Below, in pieces: positions 1-9,275 of a stretch of 64,000 nt of DNA. The stretch spans positions 1,568,001 to 1,632,000 of the forward strand of contig CAVVHE010000004.1 in assembly GCA_963748015.1 (NCBI GenBank), read 5' to 3'. The DNA comes from Terriglobia bacterium. GTDB taxonomy: Bacteria; Acidobacteriota; Polarisedimenticolia; Polarisedimenticolales; JAIQFR01. Numbering within the stretch: position 1 is the stretch's first letter; each line of letters begins with the position of its first letter. The position numbers and the translations under genes were made by a program. Below the pieces are notes generated by a model. That model was not told where the DNA came from. It did no database searches and was given only the letters and a program-made list of their open reading frames with translations.

Positions 1-1070
1 CCTCCGCTCTCGAGGTCCGGCCGGCGCTCGAGCCGGAGGGCCGCCTCGAGCTGGGGCCGTCCCGCCAGCCGGCCGCGCTCGTCCATGATCCACGCCGAGG
101 CGGACGCCTCCGGTTGCCCCTCCGGCGCGGCGACCGGGGTGGCCCCGGCGGCCGGCTCGGGACGGTACTCGAGCACGAGGATCGACACGATCCCGCCGTC
201 GGCCGCCTGGAAGAAGTACGAAGCGTCGGAGACGATCGGCGACGCGGGCAGGCCGGCGGCGGCGGACGCCTCGGAGCTCCTCGGGCTGGGGGACGGTACG
301 GAGCGCGGGCGCCCGGGATGGCTCCGGAGGGCGGCCGCCAGGTTCTCGTACGGCGCGAGCGTGTCGAGGATCCACTTCCAGTCGATCGGCGTCGCGATCA
401 CCGTCGGCAGCAGCTGCAGCGCTCTCACGCGCTGGAACTCCCTCTGGAGATCGATCGGATCGAGGTACACCTCCGTCTCGGCGCCCGCCCTCGGCTGCAG
501 GCGAAACCCTCCCGATCGATCGCCGTAGAACACGATCTCGAGCGGAGCCGCCCCACCCCCCGGCCTGCGGGTGTACGTCCAGATCTCGCGGGAGATGGAG
601 ACCGGGTCGCCGGCGGTGCGTCGCACCGAGTCCGGCTCGCCGAGCACGATGAGGACGCGACCCCGGTCCGTGCGCCAGCCCTTCACGAGCGGCGTGCTGA
701 AACGCTCGTCCGCTATGGCGCACAGCCTCTCGAACCGCGCCTCGAACTCGTTTTCCGGGGTCTCCGGGTCCGGGTCGAGCCGGCGCCAGAAACGGGACGC
801 GAAGGCCTTCCTGGCCTCCTCGGTCTTCAGCTTCCCGTACCGGCCGTACTCCTCGGGCGTGAGAAGGTACTGGACGGGGCCGGCGCGCCACTCCTTTCCC
901 GGATCGCCCTCCGGAAGCTCGGAGACGGCGCGGGCCGAAGGCGGCGCAGGGTGGAACACGACGCAGAGCGCGAGGAGCGCTCGCGCGAGCGGCGCCGCTC
1001 CACGTCCTGCCGCGGCGACGCGGCGTGCCTCCCTATGCTCCGGGGCGTTGTCGAGGCCAGATCGCGTCAT
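1..1070 (-). CDS. GWxTD domain-containing protein (3' end runs off window)
   Basis: Manual translation from ATG at 1070 (not in ORF track): signal-like LARALLALCVVF, then WRAGPVQYLLTPEE...FWRRLDPDPETPENEFE...KGWRTDRGRVLIVLGEPD...EIWTY, matching the GWxTD motif. Confidence 0.85.
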   Translation of the reverse strand, partial: MTRSGLDNAPEHREARRVAAAGRGAAPLARALLALCVVFHPAPPSARAVSELPEGDPGKEWRAGPVQYLLTPEEYGRYGKLKTEEARKAFASRFWRRLDPDPETPENEFEARFERLCAIADERFSTPLVKGWRTDRGRVLIVLGEPDSVRRTAGDPVSISREIWTYTRRPGGGAAPLEIVFYGDRSGGFRLQPRAGAETEVYLDPIDLQREFQRVRALQLLPTVIATPIDWKWILDTLAPYENLAAALRSHPGRPRSVPSPSPRSSEASAAAGLPASPIVSDASYFFQAADGGIVSILVLEYRPEPAAGATPVAAPEGQPEASASAWIMDERGRLAGRPQLEAALRLERRPDLESG

Positions 1071-1166
1071 GTCTTCCAGGAGGAGCCACCGATGCCGGAG
1101 CTCGCCTCCCGGCGCCCGGTCTCGTTCCGAGCCCAGCCCGGCCGCGGCGAGCTCTCCCATGACGAC

Positions 1167-1190
1167 GGGGGCCGCCCCAAGGCGGCCCCC
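1167..1190. terminator. GC-rich hairpin downstream of TBDR
   Basis: Perfect 10-bp stem GGGGGCCGCC-CCAA-GGCGGCCCCC just after the TBDR stop; no U-tract, so it may be an mRNA-stabilising hairpin instead. Confidence 0.45.
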
Positions 1191-1217
1191 TCCAGATGTC
1201 TCTTCTTCCGAGCGGAG

Positions 1218-4200
1218 CTAGAACGACAGCTTCGCGCTCAGCTGGTACGTCCGTCCGACCCGGTTGTAGCCGTCGTTGTACCCGTTGAGCTGGTCGCCGA
1301 GCTCCGTGAACTGGTTGTAAACCAGGTAGGTGCGCTCGTTGAACAGGTTGAAGACGTCCATCGCGAGCTGGAGGTTCATCCCCTTCCCGACGTTCATCTC
1401 CTTGTCGATTTTCAAGTCCATGTTCCAGAAGGCGCGGTTTCTCTGGTCGTTTCTCCGGCCGGTCGGGTACAGCAGCCTGTTCCGAGGCTCCGGGTTGCCC
1501 AGGTTGGACAGCGGGGGCGTGATCGTGTCCGCCGCGGGCTTCTGCAGCAGGATCGAATACGGGAGGCCCGACTGCCAGTTGATCGCCGTGCCCGCGCGGA
1601 AGCCCCACGGGGTGATCGTCGTCGCGTTGACCTTGAAGGAGTGCCGGATGTCGTAGGACAGGTAGCCCGTCTCGGCTTCGCGCGTCGTCCGGTCGTCGCC
1701 GAGGAACGAGTTCCAGCTCTCCCCGTCTCCGATCGCCCGGGACCAGGTGTACGACGCGTTCATCTGCCAGTTCCGGTACTGTCGCCGGATCACCTCGAGC
1801 TGAAGCCCCTCGTACCAGGCGGAATTGTAGTTTCCCGCCTGGAACATCGCGCCCCAGCCCGGGTTCAGGACGTAGGTGTCGAGGTAGTGGTCGGGCCGGT
1901 GGAGCAGGTTGTTGAACTTGATTTCCTCGTTCGAGCTGCCTCCGCCGCTCGTCGGCTCGAAGAGAGGCAGGAGCGTTCCGTCGCAGTCGTCGAGCTGGCC
2001 GTCCCCGATCGGCCGGCCGTGCTCGTCGTAGGTGACGTCGATCCACGATCCCGTGACCCGGGGATCGGTCTGCAGGACGCACGTGCCGTAGTCCTTCGCG
2101 GAGTGGTTGAGGTCCATGTCCTGGAACTGGTTCTCGAAGTTGCGATGGATGTAGGTGAGCTTCGCGGACGTCTCCGCCCACAGCTCCCTCTCGAACGACA
2201 CCGTGAACTCGTCGTTGTACGGCGTGCTCAGGTTCCGGTCCACGACCTGGACCTGCGCGGCCGGGTTCAGGCCGCGGCTCGGGAACGCAACCCAGTTGCC
2301 ACCCGCCTGCTGCTTGGCCTCGAACCGCAGCGTGGTGACGATGGGCTCGACCTCGGAGAGCGGAACGTTCAGCGGCGTCGCGCCGTAGAGGCGTCGGGCC
2401 GAGAACGCGACCTTCGTCTTGCCGTTGCTCCAGGGGTCCCACGAGACGGCGATGTGGGGGCCGAAGTTCGTCATGCCGAGGTTGATCGGCGCGGCGCGGC
2501 GCTTGTTGTACCAGCTCTTGCTGAGGGTGATCACGGGGCCGAGAACGGTGTCCACGTCGAGCCCGCCGAGCTGGCTGTTGAGGGACGTGGCGAAATCGCC
2601 CACCCCCTCGTACGCGGTGAAGGCTCGGTTGATGGCATCGAGGAACAGCGAGCCGTTCTGGTACGCGTTCGCGAGCGCGTTCGCGTATTGCGCCTGGGGG
2701 TCGGTGCCGGGATCCGCGCGAACGACGTCCGAGGCCACCTGCCGGGCGATCGCCTCGCGGTAGGCGTAGTAATTGCTCTCCTCGGCGGCCGGGTTCAGCG
2801 GCTGGTACCCGTCGGTGTTCAGCTGCTCGCGGTCGATCCGGAGCCCGAGGGTGATGCTCAGGTTCTGCCTGGGCTTCACCATGTCCTCGAGGAAGACCGC
2901 GCTCGCCGTGCCGACGGCCCGGGAGGTCGAGTTCAGGGGCACCGCGAAGCGGCCCTGCACCACGGCCACCGGATTGAGGTCGCCGCCGCTGGTGGAGTTC
3001 TCGTTCTGCGGGCGGTAGATGTAGAAGATGACGTCCGGGCGGCGCTCCTGCTCCCGGAAGTAACGTTCGTTCTCGATGCTGAACCCGACCTTGAACTGGT
3101 GGTCCATGCCCAGGAAGTGCCCGCCGAAGATGCTCGCAGTGCTCCGGGCCGTGAGCCGCTGGCGCTTGTCCATGAAGGTCAGGAAGAACGAGCCCGACCG
3201 CTCGCCGGTCTCGAGGTTCGTGCACTGCATGTTCTGGATGAACGCGAGCCCCGCGGCGCCCTCCGCGTCGCTGCCCTGCACGCAGCTATTGGGAACTCCC
3301 TGGGTGGAGGGCAGGATGTTGGTGTGGGCGTTCTGAAAGGAGATCACGCTGTCCACGAGGACCTTCGCGGAGAAGGGGGCGGTCCAGCTGAGCCGGTAGA
3401 GCGGGCCGCCGAGCTCGCGCCGCTGCGACGACTCGGGAGACGTGAGACGGCTCACGCCGAAGTTCGTGGTGGTCAAGGGATCCGCGGAGTAGGTGAACTG
3501 GAGCTTGTTCCGCGGAGAGACCTGCCAAGTGATCGCGTCGGAGTTGATCTGCCGCGTCGTCATCACGAGGACGGTGCCGCCCTGGCTCTGGGTCGGGTCC
3601 TCGCGCCGGATGTACTCGTGCGAGAGCCGGTACCACAGCTTGTCCTTGATGATCGGGCCCGACAACTGGATCGCCGGCTCGAGATGCTTGTAATCCGGGG
3701 TCCTGGCGCCGGGGAACGATGCGGCTTCCCCATCGAGGAGGCTCGACTTGTAGAGGAAGTTGAACGTTCCCTCGAAGTCGTTCGAGCCCTGCTTCTGGAC
3801 GATGTTGGCGAACCCGCCCTGGGCACGGCCGAACTCGACGCCCGCGCCGGCCGTGATGACCTCGATCTCCTCGATCGAGTCGGGGTTCACCTGGCTCATC
3901 TGAAGGCCGGTCAGCGGGTCCTGGTTGCTGACGCCGCCGACCTCGGCCTTGAAGTCCGTGTTGCGAGCCCCGTTGACGTTGGGGTTGCCGTCGCCGTCGG
4001 GATCCTGGACGCCGGCGGTCATCGTCAGCACGTTCTGGTAGAACCGCCCCTGCACGGGTAGGTCCTGGATGAAGTCCTCGCCGAACTTCGTCGAGGTCGA
4101 CGACTTCTCGAGATCGACGGTCTCGCGCTTGCCTTCCACCAGCACCTTCTCTTGCATCTCCGGCGCCAGGATGAAGGAGACCGACTGGACCTGGTTGATC

Positions 4201-4493
4201 GAGATCCGGATGCTCGCCATCTGTTGCTTGGCGTATCCGGGGAAGGAGACCTCGAGCGAGTAGCCGCTCCCGGCGCGAAGGACCGGGAAGTCCGCGACGC
4301 CGTTCTTGTTCGTGATCACCGTCGAGGTGGCGACGAGCTGCTGGGAGTTCCTGAGCACCACGGTCACGCCCGGAAGGATGCTCTTGTCCGCGGCGTCGTA
4401 GACCGTGACCCTCAGTCCGCCCGTCTGGGCCGCGACGGACGTCACCGCTAGGACGACGAACCACGCAGCTAGAAAAGTCCGCAGGGATTTCAT
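1218..4493 (-). CDS. TonB-dependent receptor, Oar-like, with N-terminal carboxypeptidase-regulatory-like domain
   Basis: ATG 4493 with GGAGGAGG SD; signal peptide MKSLRTFLAAWFVVLAVTSVAAQ; plug motifs DLPVQGR and DSIEEIEVITAG; C-terminal GRTYQLSAKLSF. Confidence 0.9.
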   Translation of the reverse strand: MKSLRTFLAAWFVVLAVTSVAAQTGGLRVTVYDAADKSILPGVTVVLRNSQQLVATSTVITNKNGVADFPVLRAGSGYSLEVSFPGYAKQQMASIRISINQVQSVSFILAPEMQEKVLVEGKRETVDLEKSSTSTKFGEDFIQDLPVQGRFYQNVLTMTAGVQDPDGDGNPNVNGARNTDFKAEVGGVSNQDPLTGLQMSQVNPDSIEEIEVITAGAGVEFGRAQGGFANIVQKQGSNDFEGTFNFLYKSSLLDGEAASFPGARTPDYKHLEPAIQLSGPIIKDKLWYRLSHEYIRREDPTQSQGGTVLVMTTRQINSDAITWQVSPRNKLQFTYSADPLTTTNFGVSRLTSPESSQRRELGGPLYRLSWTAPFSAKVLVDSVISFQNAHTNILPSTQGVPNSCVQGSDAEGAAGLAFIQNMQCTNLETGERSGSFFLTFMDKRQRLTARSTASIFGGHFLGMDHQFKVGFSIENERYFREQERRPDVIFYIYRPQNENSTSGGDLNPVAVVQGRFAVPLNSTSRAVGTASAVFLEDMVKPRQNLSITLGLRIDREQLNTDGYQPLNPAAEESNYYAYREAIARQVASDVVRADPGTDPQAQYANALANAYQNGSLFLDAINRAFTAYEGVGDFATSLNSQLGGLDVDTVLGPVITLSKSWYNKRRAAPINLGMTNFGPHIAVSWDPWSNGKTKVAFSARRLYGATPLNVPLSEVEPIVTTLRFEAKQQAGGNWVAFPSRGLNPAAQVQVVDRNLSTPYNDEFTVSFERELWAETSAKLTYIHRNFENQFQDMDLNHSAKDYGTCVLQTDPRVTGSWIDVTYDEHGRPIGDGQLDDCDGTLLPLFEPTSGGGSSNEEIKFNNLLHRPDHYLDTYVLNPGWGAMFQAGNYNSAWYEGLQLEVIRRQYRNWQMNASYTWSRAIGDGESWNSFLGDDRTTREAETGYLSYDIRHSFKVNATTITPWGFRAGTAINWQSGLPYSILLQKPAADTITPPLSNLGNPEPRNRLLYPTGRRNDQRNRAFWNMDLKIDKEMNVGKGMNLQLAMDVFNLFNERTYLVYNQFTELGDQLNGYNDGYNRVGRTYQLSAKLSF

Positions 4494-4792
4494 GACCCTC
4501 CTCCCGCTGCGCGTACCCGACCTATACGGATCCCCTGCCCCGCCGCCGGGAAAGGGCCCGATCACCCTTCCCCGCGGCCTCATGGGGATCCACTCGGGGT
4601 AAACGCCGCACCGATTTTTGTACCACGGTCCTCCGTCAAAATCAACCTGAGCGACAGGCCGTCGCCCGGCTCCCGGGTATATATGAGCGCAATGAGCCGA
4701 TCGTCATCCGCCGAAAGGTATCCCCTGCTGCACCCTTGCAGCACCGCCGTACCCGGAGGGGCGCTTCCGGGCCCTTCCCCCGAGGAACGGCC

Positions 4793-6184
4793 TCAAACGG
4801 AAATGCCGAGTCTCTTGATTTTCTCGTTGAGGGTGGTCGGCTTGAGTCCGAGGGCCTCGGCGGCGGATTTCTGTACGCCGCCCGTCCGCCGGAGGGCCGA
4901 TTCGATGAGTTGCCGCTCGTAGCGGGCGACCGCGTCATAGAATCCCATGCCCTCCGGAAGCGAGGCGAGCTCGGGCAGGGAGACCGTGGCGAGCATCTCC
5001 TTGGGAAGCAGATCGACGCCGATCTCCCCTCCTCGCGCGAGAACGACCCCTCGCTCCACGACGTTCTCGAGCTCGCGGACGTTTCCCGGCCACGGGTAGC
5101 CCAGGAACCGCTCCAGGACCTCGGGGGTGACGTGGGTCACATTCTTGGCGTTCTCCTCGTTGAAGCGGGCGAGGAAGTGCTCCACGAGCAGGGGGATGTC
5201 CTCCGCGCGCTTTCGGAGCGGCGGGACCGTGACGTTGATCACGTTCAGCCGGTAGTAGAGGTCCTCGCGGAATCGCCCCTGGTCCACGAGGGCCTTGAGG
5301 TCCTCGTTGGTCGCGGCCAGGATGCGCACGTCCACCACCCGGCTCTCGATGGCGCCGAGCGGCAGGAACTCCTTCTCCTGGATCACCCGTAGCAGCTTGA
5401 CCTGAACCTCGGGGGACACCGTGCTGATCTCGTCGAACAGCGCGGTCCCGCCGTCGGCGACCTCGAGGAGTCCCGGCTTCGCTCCCGCGGCCCCGGTGAA
5501 CGCGCCCCGCGTGTGGCCGAACAGGTTGTCCTCGAGCAGGTCGGTCGGAATGCTGTGGCTGCTCACGACGACGAACGGCTTGTTGGCGCGGGCGCTTCGC
5601 CGGTGGATCGCGTGCGCGACGAGCTCTTTTCCCGTCCCGCTCTCCCCCTGGACGAGCACCGTCGAGCGGCTCGGAGCGACCTGCTCGATGAACCGGTAGA
5701 GCTCCTGCATCGCGTGCGACTTCCCGACGATTCTCTCGAAGCGGAAGCGCTGCTCGAGGGCCCTCTTGAGGTCCTTGTTCTCGACGCGGAGCCGGGTCGT
5801 TTGCACGGCCTTCGCGACGAGGAGCCGGACCTCGTCGTTCTTGAAAGGCTTGGTGAGATAGTGGAACGCGCCGAGCTTCATCGCCGCGACGGCGTTCTCG
5901 ACGGTGCCGAAGGCGGTGATCATGAACACCGCGAGATCGGGGACGCGCTCCCGCACCCAGCGCAGGACGTCGAGCCCGTCCGCGTCGGGGAGCATCACGT
6001 CCAGCAGCAGCGCGTCCCAGGGCCCGCCGTCCTCGAGCTGGGAGCGTCCCGAGGCGGCGTCCGGCGCGATCTCGACGTGGTGGCCCTCGGTCGCGAGTAG
6101 AGCCTTCAGGACGTCGCCGACGACGGGCTCGTCGTCCACGACGAGAATGCGTCCGGGGGGAGTTTCCGAGGTCACTCGCGGCAT
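4793..6184 (-). CDS. Sigma-54-dependent response regulator (NtrC family)
   Basis: REC domain (ILVVDDE, LLDVMLP), AAA+ GESGTGKE, GAFTGA, RILAATN, WPGNVREL, C-terminal Fis-type HTH. Confidence 0.95.
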   Translation of the reverse strand: MPRVTSETPPGRILVVDDEPVVGDVLKALLATEGHHVEIAPDAASGRSQLEDGGPWDALLLDVMLPDADGLDVLRWVRERVPDLAVFMITAFGTVENAVAAMKLGAFHYLTKPFKNDEVRLLVAKAVQTTRLRVENKDLKRALEQRFRFERIVGKSHAMQELYRFIEQVAPSRSTVLVQGESGTGKELVAHAIHRRSARANKPFVVVSSHSIPTDLLEDNLFGHTRGAFTGAAGAKPGLLEVADGGTALFDEISTVSPEVQVKLLRVIQEKEFLPLGAIESRVVDVRILAATNEDLKALVDQGRFREDLYYRLNVINVTVPPLRKRAEDIPLLVEHFLARFNEENAKNVTHVTPEVLERFLGYPWPGNVRELENVVERGVVLARGGEIGVDLLPKEMLATVSLPELASLPEGMGFYDAVARYERQLIESALRRTGGVQKSAAEALGLKPTTLNEKIKRLGISV

Positions 6185-6206
6185 CGAGAGCGGATTGTAG
6201 CAGCTT

Positions 6207-8999
6207 TCAGGCGAGAGCTTCGGCCGACCGGACCGCGGGGAGCTCGACGCGGAAGCGCGTCCATTCGCCGGGGGAGCTCTGCACGGACATCTCCCCGTCG
6301 TGCTCGCGCACGATCCCGTAGCTGATCGAGAGCCCGAGACCGGTTCCCTTCCCGCTTCCCTTCGTCGTGAAGAACGGGTCGAAGATCCTCGGCAGGTCCT
6401 CTTCCGCGATGCCGACGCCGTCGTCCAGGACCTCGACCGAGACCGCTCCGCCCCTCAGGGACGTCGAGACCACGACCTTTCCGCCCTCCTCCACCGCGTC
6501 GCGCGCGTTGAGGAGGAGGTTCAGGAGCACCTGCTGGAGCTTCCCCCTGTGGCCGTGGACCGCGGGCAAGCTCTCGGCGAGCGAGGTCTCGACGCGAATC
6601 CCGCGCCCGCGGATCTGCGGCTCGAACAGGCGAACGACCTCGAGGACGGTGTCGTTCACGGAAAGCTCCTCGAACGTGGAGCGCTCGGGGCGAGCGAAGT
6701 TCAGGAGCGAGTTGGCGATGCTCGAGGCGCGCCGGCTCTGCGACTCGATCTTCTCGAGGATGGCCCGCCGCGGATCGTCCGCCGCCATCTCCTCGAGGAG
6801 CATCTGGGTGTAGCTCGAGATGCCGGTGAGCGGCGTGTTCACCTCGTGCGCCACCCCCGCCGCGAGGAGTCCCAGGGAGGCGAGGCGCTCCTGGCGGACG
6901 ACCTGCTCCTCCAACTTGACCTGGCTGGTGACGTCGTCGAAGGTCACGACGCGCCCCGCGGTTCCGTCTCCCTGGGTCCCCGCGGGGGAGATCGTGAGGT
7001 TGACGATGATCCTCCGGCCCGAGCGGTTCACGAGGTTGTAGCGGTAGATGCGGACCTCGCTCTCCCTCGGCGCGCGCGAGATCTCGCGCTGCACCCGCCG
7101 CACCGCGTGGAGCGGGAAAACATCCTCGATCCGCCGGCCGATCGTCTCGCGCCGGGAGACGCCGTACATCTCCTCGAGCGTCCTGTTCCACGCGAGGATC
7201 GTCCCGTCGTCGTCCATCAGGAGAAGTCCGACCCCGCTGCTCTCGAGGATCCGCTCCTGGCTCGCCTTGAGCCGCTCGACGTGCTCGGCGTGCGACCGGA
7301 CCTCGCGCACCAGCCTCGCCGCCTCGATGGCCGTCGCGGCGTGGGCCGCGAGGGTCGCGAGGAGAGAGCGATCCTCGCTCGAGAAGGGCTCCTCCGGATC
7401 CCGCCGGTCCGCCACCGCCAGAACCGCGCGGAGGCGCCCCTTCACCTTCATCGCCACCAGGTGGCGCGCCCAGGGGAGAACGGGGATCTCCGCCCGCTCG
7501 AGGTGGGCGTGCCGGCCGCTCTCGAGCGCTTCGAGCTGGGAGGGCGGCAGGACGACCGCGACCGGGTCCTCGGAGGCACCCACCATCTCGAACGTGCCGT
7601 CGTCCTTGCGGACGAGAACACGCGCCTCGGGCACGCCCAGCGTCTCACGCAGCCGGTCGCGGAGGCGCTCGAGCAGCGTGTCGAGGTGGGTCTCGGCGCT
7701 CAGCTCGCGCGCCCAGTCGAGCAGCGTCGCGCGATAGCTGTAGCGGCTGCGATAGAAGGCACGGTCCACTCCGGCGCGAACCCAGGTCCGGATCGTCGGA
7801 TAGCTGATCGCCGCGAGGAGGATCGACAGGTACCGCAGGCCGCTCGCCGAGAGGGGCAGCACGCCGCTCACGATTCGCCGGAAGAACTCCACCGCGACGG
7901 CGTAGGCGGCGAGGGTGAAGAACGCGGAGGTGACCTCCACGAGCGCGCGCCGCAGCAGCGTGTCCAGATCGTTGAGGCGATAGCGGGCGAAGGCGATCGT
8001 GAAGGCTCCCGGGACGACGAGCATCGGGAACGCCGACAGCTCCGCCCAGTCCGGAACCTCGCCGCCGGCCGCCCAAGGGAGGACGTAGATCGTCGCGAAC
8101 GGCAGCAGGCCGATCGCGACGCCCCACATCATCCAGCGAAGCTGGCCGCGGTGCAGCGGCGACGAGGCGCGGCGGTAGACTCGCGAGAGCAGCCAGATCG
8201 AGAGTGGGACCGCGAGTCCCAGGAACAGCAGCTCGGCCCGATCGATCCACTCCGCCCCGCGCAAGGGGTCGGCCAAGCTGAGGGCGCCGCCGAGACCCAC
8301 GAGCCAGACCGAAGCGGCGACGATCGCCGACGCCGCGAGGTACGCGAGCGTGAGAGCCGCCCCCTGCCCGCGAAGCGAGCGGCGCGAGAGGGCGAAGACC
8401 AGATGGAGCAGTACGGCCGGCACCAGCGCCCCGGCGAGGACGTCGCCCCAGTACACGGCCCAGTCGAGCGCGTCCGCCCGGCCGGTGTGGCTCAGGACCA
8501 GGTTCGCGAAGAGCAGCGCGGCGAGGACCGAGTAGGCGGTGCCGCCCCTGACGGTGGGCCAGCGCAGCGCGACCAGCGCCCCCGACGCGAGGAACGCGAC
8601 GGCGAGGAGCCCGAGGAAGCCGTACAGCGGCGGGATGACGACCCGGGACGCAGGCCGGATCTCGAGGGTCCGCAGGCTTCCGCCGCGATCGACGTCCAGG
8701 AGAACGCTCCCGCCGGTGCCTAGCCGCCACGCGATGGACGAGGCGTCGAGCACGCTGCGGACGGGAATGCCGTTCACCCGCTCCAGTCGGTCTCCGGGCA
8801 GAAGACCCGAGGACTGCGCCGGGCTGCCGTTCTCGACCCTCCCGACGACCGGACCTTGCGAGGTCTGGAACCAGTCGGCTCCCACCTGAGGCCGGCCGGT
8901 CGACACCCGTCTCGCGAAGGACACGGTGCCGAAGACGAGGAGGAGACAGACCCCACCCCCCACGATCCACGGCCTGACCCCGCCGGCTCGTCTCACCAC
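6207..8999 (-). CDS. Membrane sensor histidine kinase (PDZ, multi-TM, GAF-like, PAS, HisKA, HATPase)
   Basis: PDZ SPAQSSGLLPGD; many TM segments; H-box AHEVNTPL; N-box NLLLNARDA; PFFTTK; GTGLGL. Confidence 0.93.
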   Translation of the reverse strand: MVRRAGGVRPWIVGGGVCLLLVFGTVSFARRVSTGRPQVGADWFQTSQGPVVGRVENGSPAQSSGLLPGDRLERVNGIPVRSVLDASSIAWRLGTGGSVLLDVDRGGSLRTLEIRPASRVVIPPLYGFLGLLAVAFLASGALVALRWPTVRGGTAYSVLAALLFANLVLSHTGRADALDWAVYWGDVLAGALVPAVLLHLVFALSRRSLRGQGAALTLAYLAASAIVAASVWLVGLGGALSLADPLRGAEWIDRAELLFLGLAVPLSIWLLSRVYRRASSPLHRGQLRWMMWGVAIGLLPFATIYVLPWAAGGEVPDWAELSAFPMLVVPGAFTIAFARYRLNDLDTLLRRALVEVTSAFFTLAAYAVAVEFFRRIVSGVLPLSASGLRYLSILLAAISYPTIRTWVRAGVDRAFYRSRYSYRATLLDWARELSAETHLDTLLERLRDRLRETLGVPEARVLVRKDDGTFEMVGASEDPVAVVLPPSQLEALESGRHAHLERAEIPVLPWARHLVAMKVKGRLRAVLAVADRRDPEEPFSSEDRSLLATLAAHAATAIEAARLVREVRSHAEHVERLKASQERILESSGVGLLLMDDDGTILAWNRTLEEMYGVSRRETIGRRIEDVFPLHAVRRVQREISRAPRESEVRIYRYNLVNRSGRRIIVNLTISPAGTQGDGTAGRVVTFDDVTSQVKLEEQVVRQERLASLGLLAAGVAHEVNTPLTGISSYTQMLLEEMAADDPRRAILEKIESQSRRASSIANSLLNFARPERSTFEELSVNDTVLEVVRLFEPQIRGRGIRVETSLAESLPAVHGHRGKLQQVLLNLLLNARDAVEEGGKVVVSTSLRGGAVSVEVLDDGVGIAEEDLPRIFDPFFTTKGSGKGTGLGLSISYGIVREHDGEMSVQSSPGEWTRFRVELPAVRSAEALA

Positions 9000-9046
9000 G
9001 CTCGCGTTACTCCTGGGCAGAGGAACTGACCCTGTCCGGACCCTTC

Positions 9047-9062
9047 AGCAAGGGCCGGGCCA
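9047..9062 (-). promoter_or_regulatory. Putative sigma-54 -24/-12 promoter for the kinase/regulator operon
   Basis: Minus strand TGGCCC-GGCCC-TTGCT versus consensus TGGCAC-N5-TTGCW, ending 47 nt upstream of the kinase start. Confidence 0.6.
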
Positions 9063-9275
9063 GACGAGGAGGCTCGGGACCACGACCCAACCCGTTGACA
9101 AATCTACGATTGAAAACGAGTTCTGGGGGGCTCCGCCGAATTCCGCTCCAGGCCCATTCAATTCCTTGAATCCCGAGCGCCAACTCCGGAGTTTTGGATG
9201 ACGGACGCACGAGGCCGCGCGCCTTGGAAGTTCTCGATTCTCACGGAGTCCCGAACGACCGCGCCAACCTCTCGC

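Noticed and set aside
114..4061. Very long antisense or alternate-frame ORFs (also 33523-37515, 39898-43257, 45069-48338, 26045-28693)
   Set aside because: They are shadows of real genes in high-GC DNA, Arg/Pro/Gly-rich and without family motifs.
4600..4760. Sigma-54 or sigma-70 promoter for the TBDR
   Set aside because: Candidate motifs (TGGTAC...; TTGACG...TACAAA) have the wrong spacing or lack the -12 GC.
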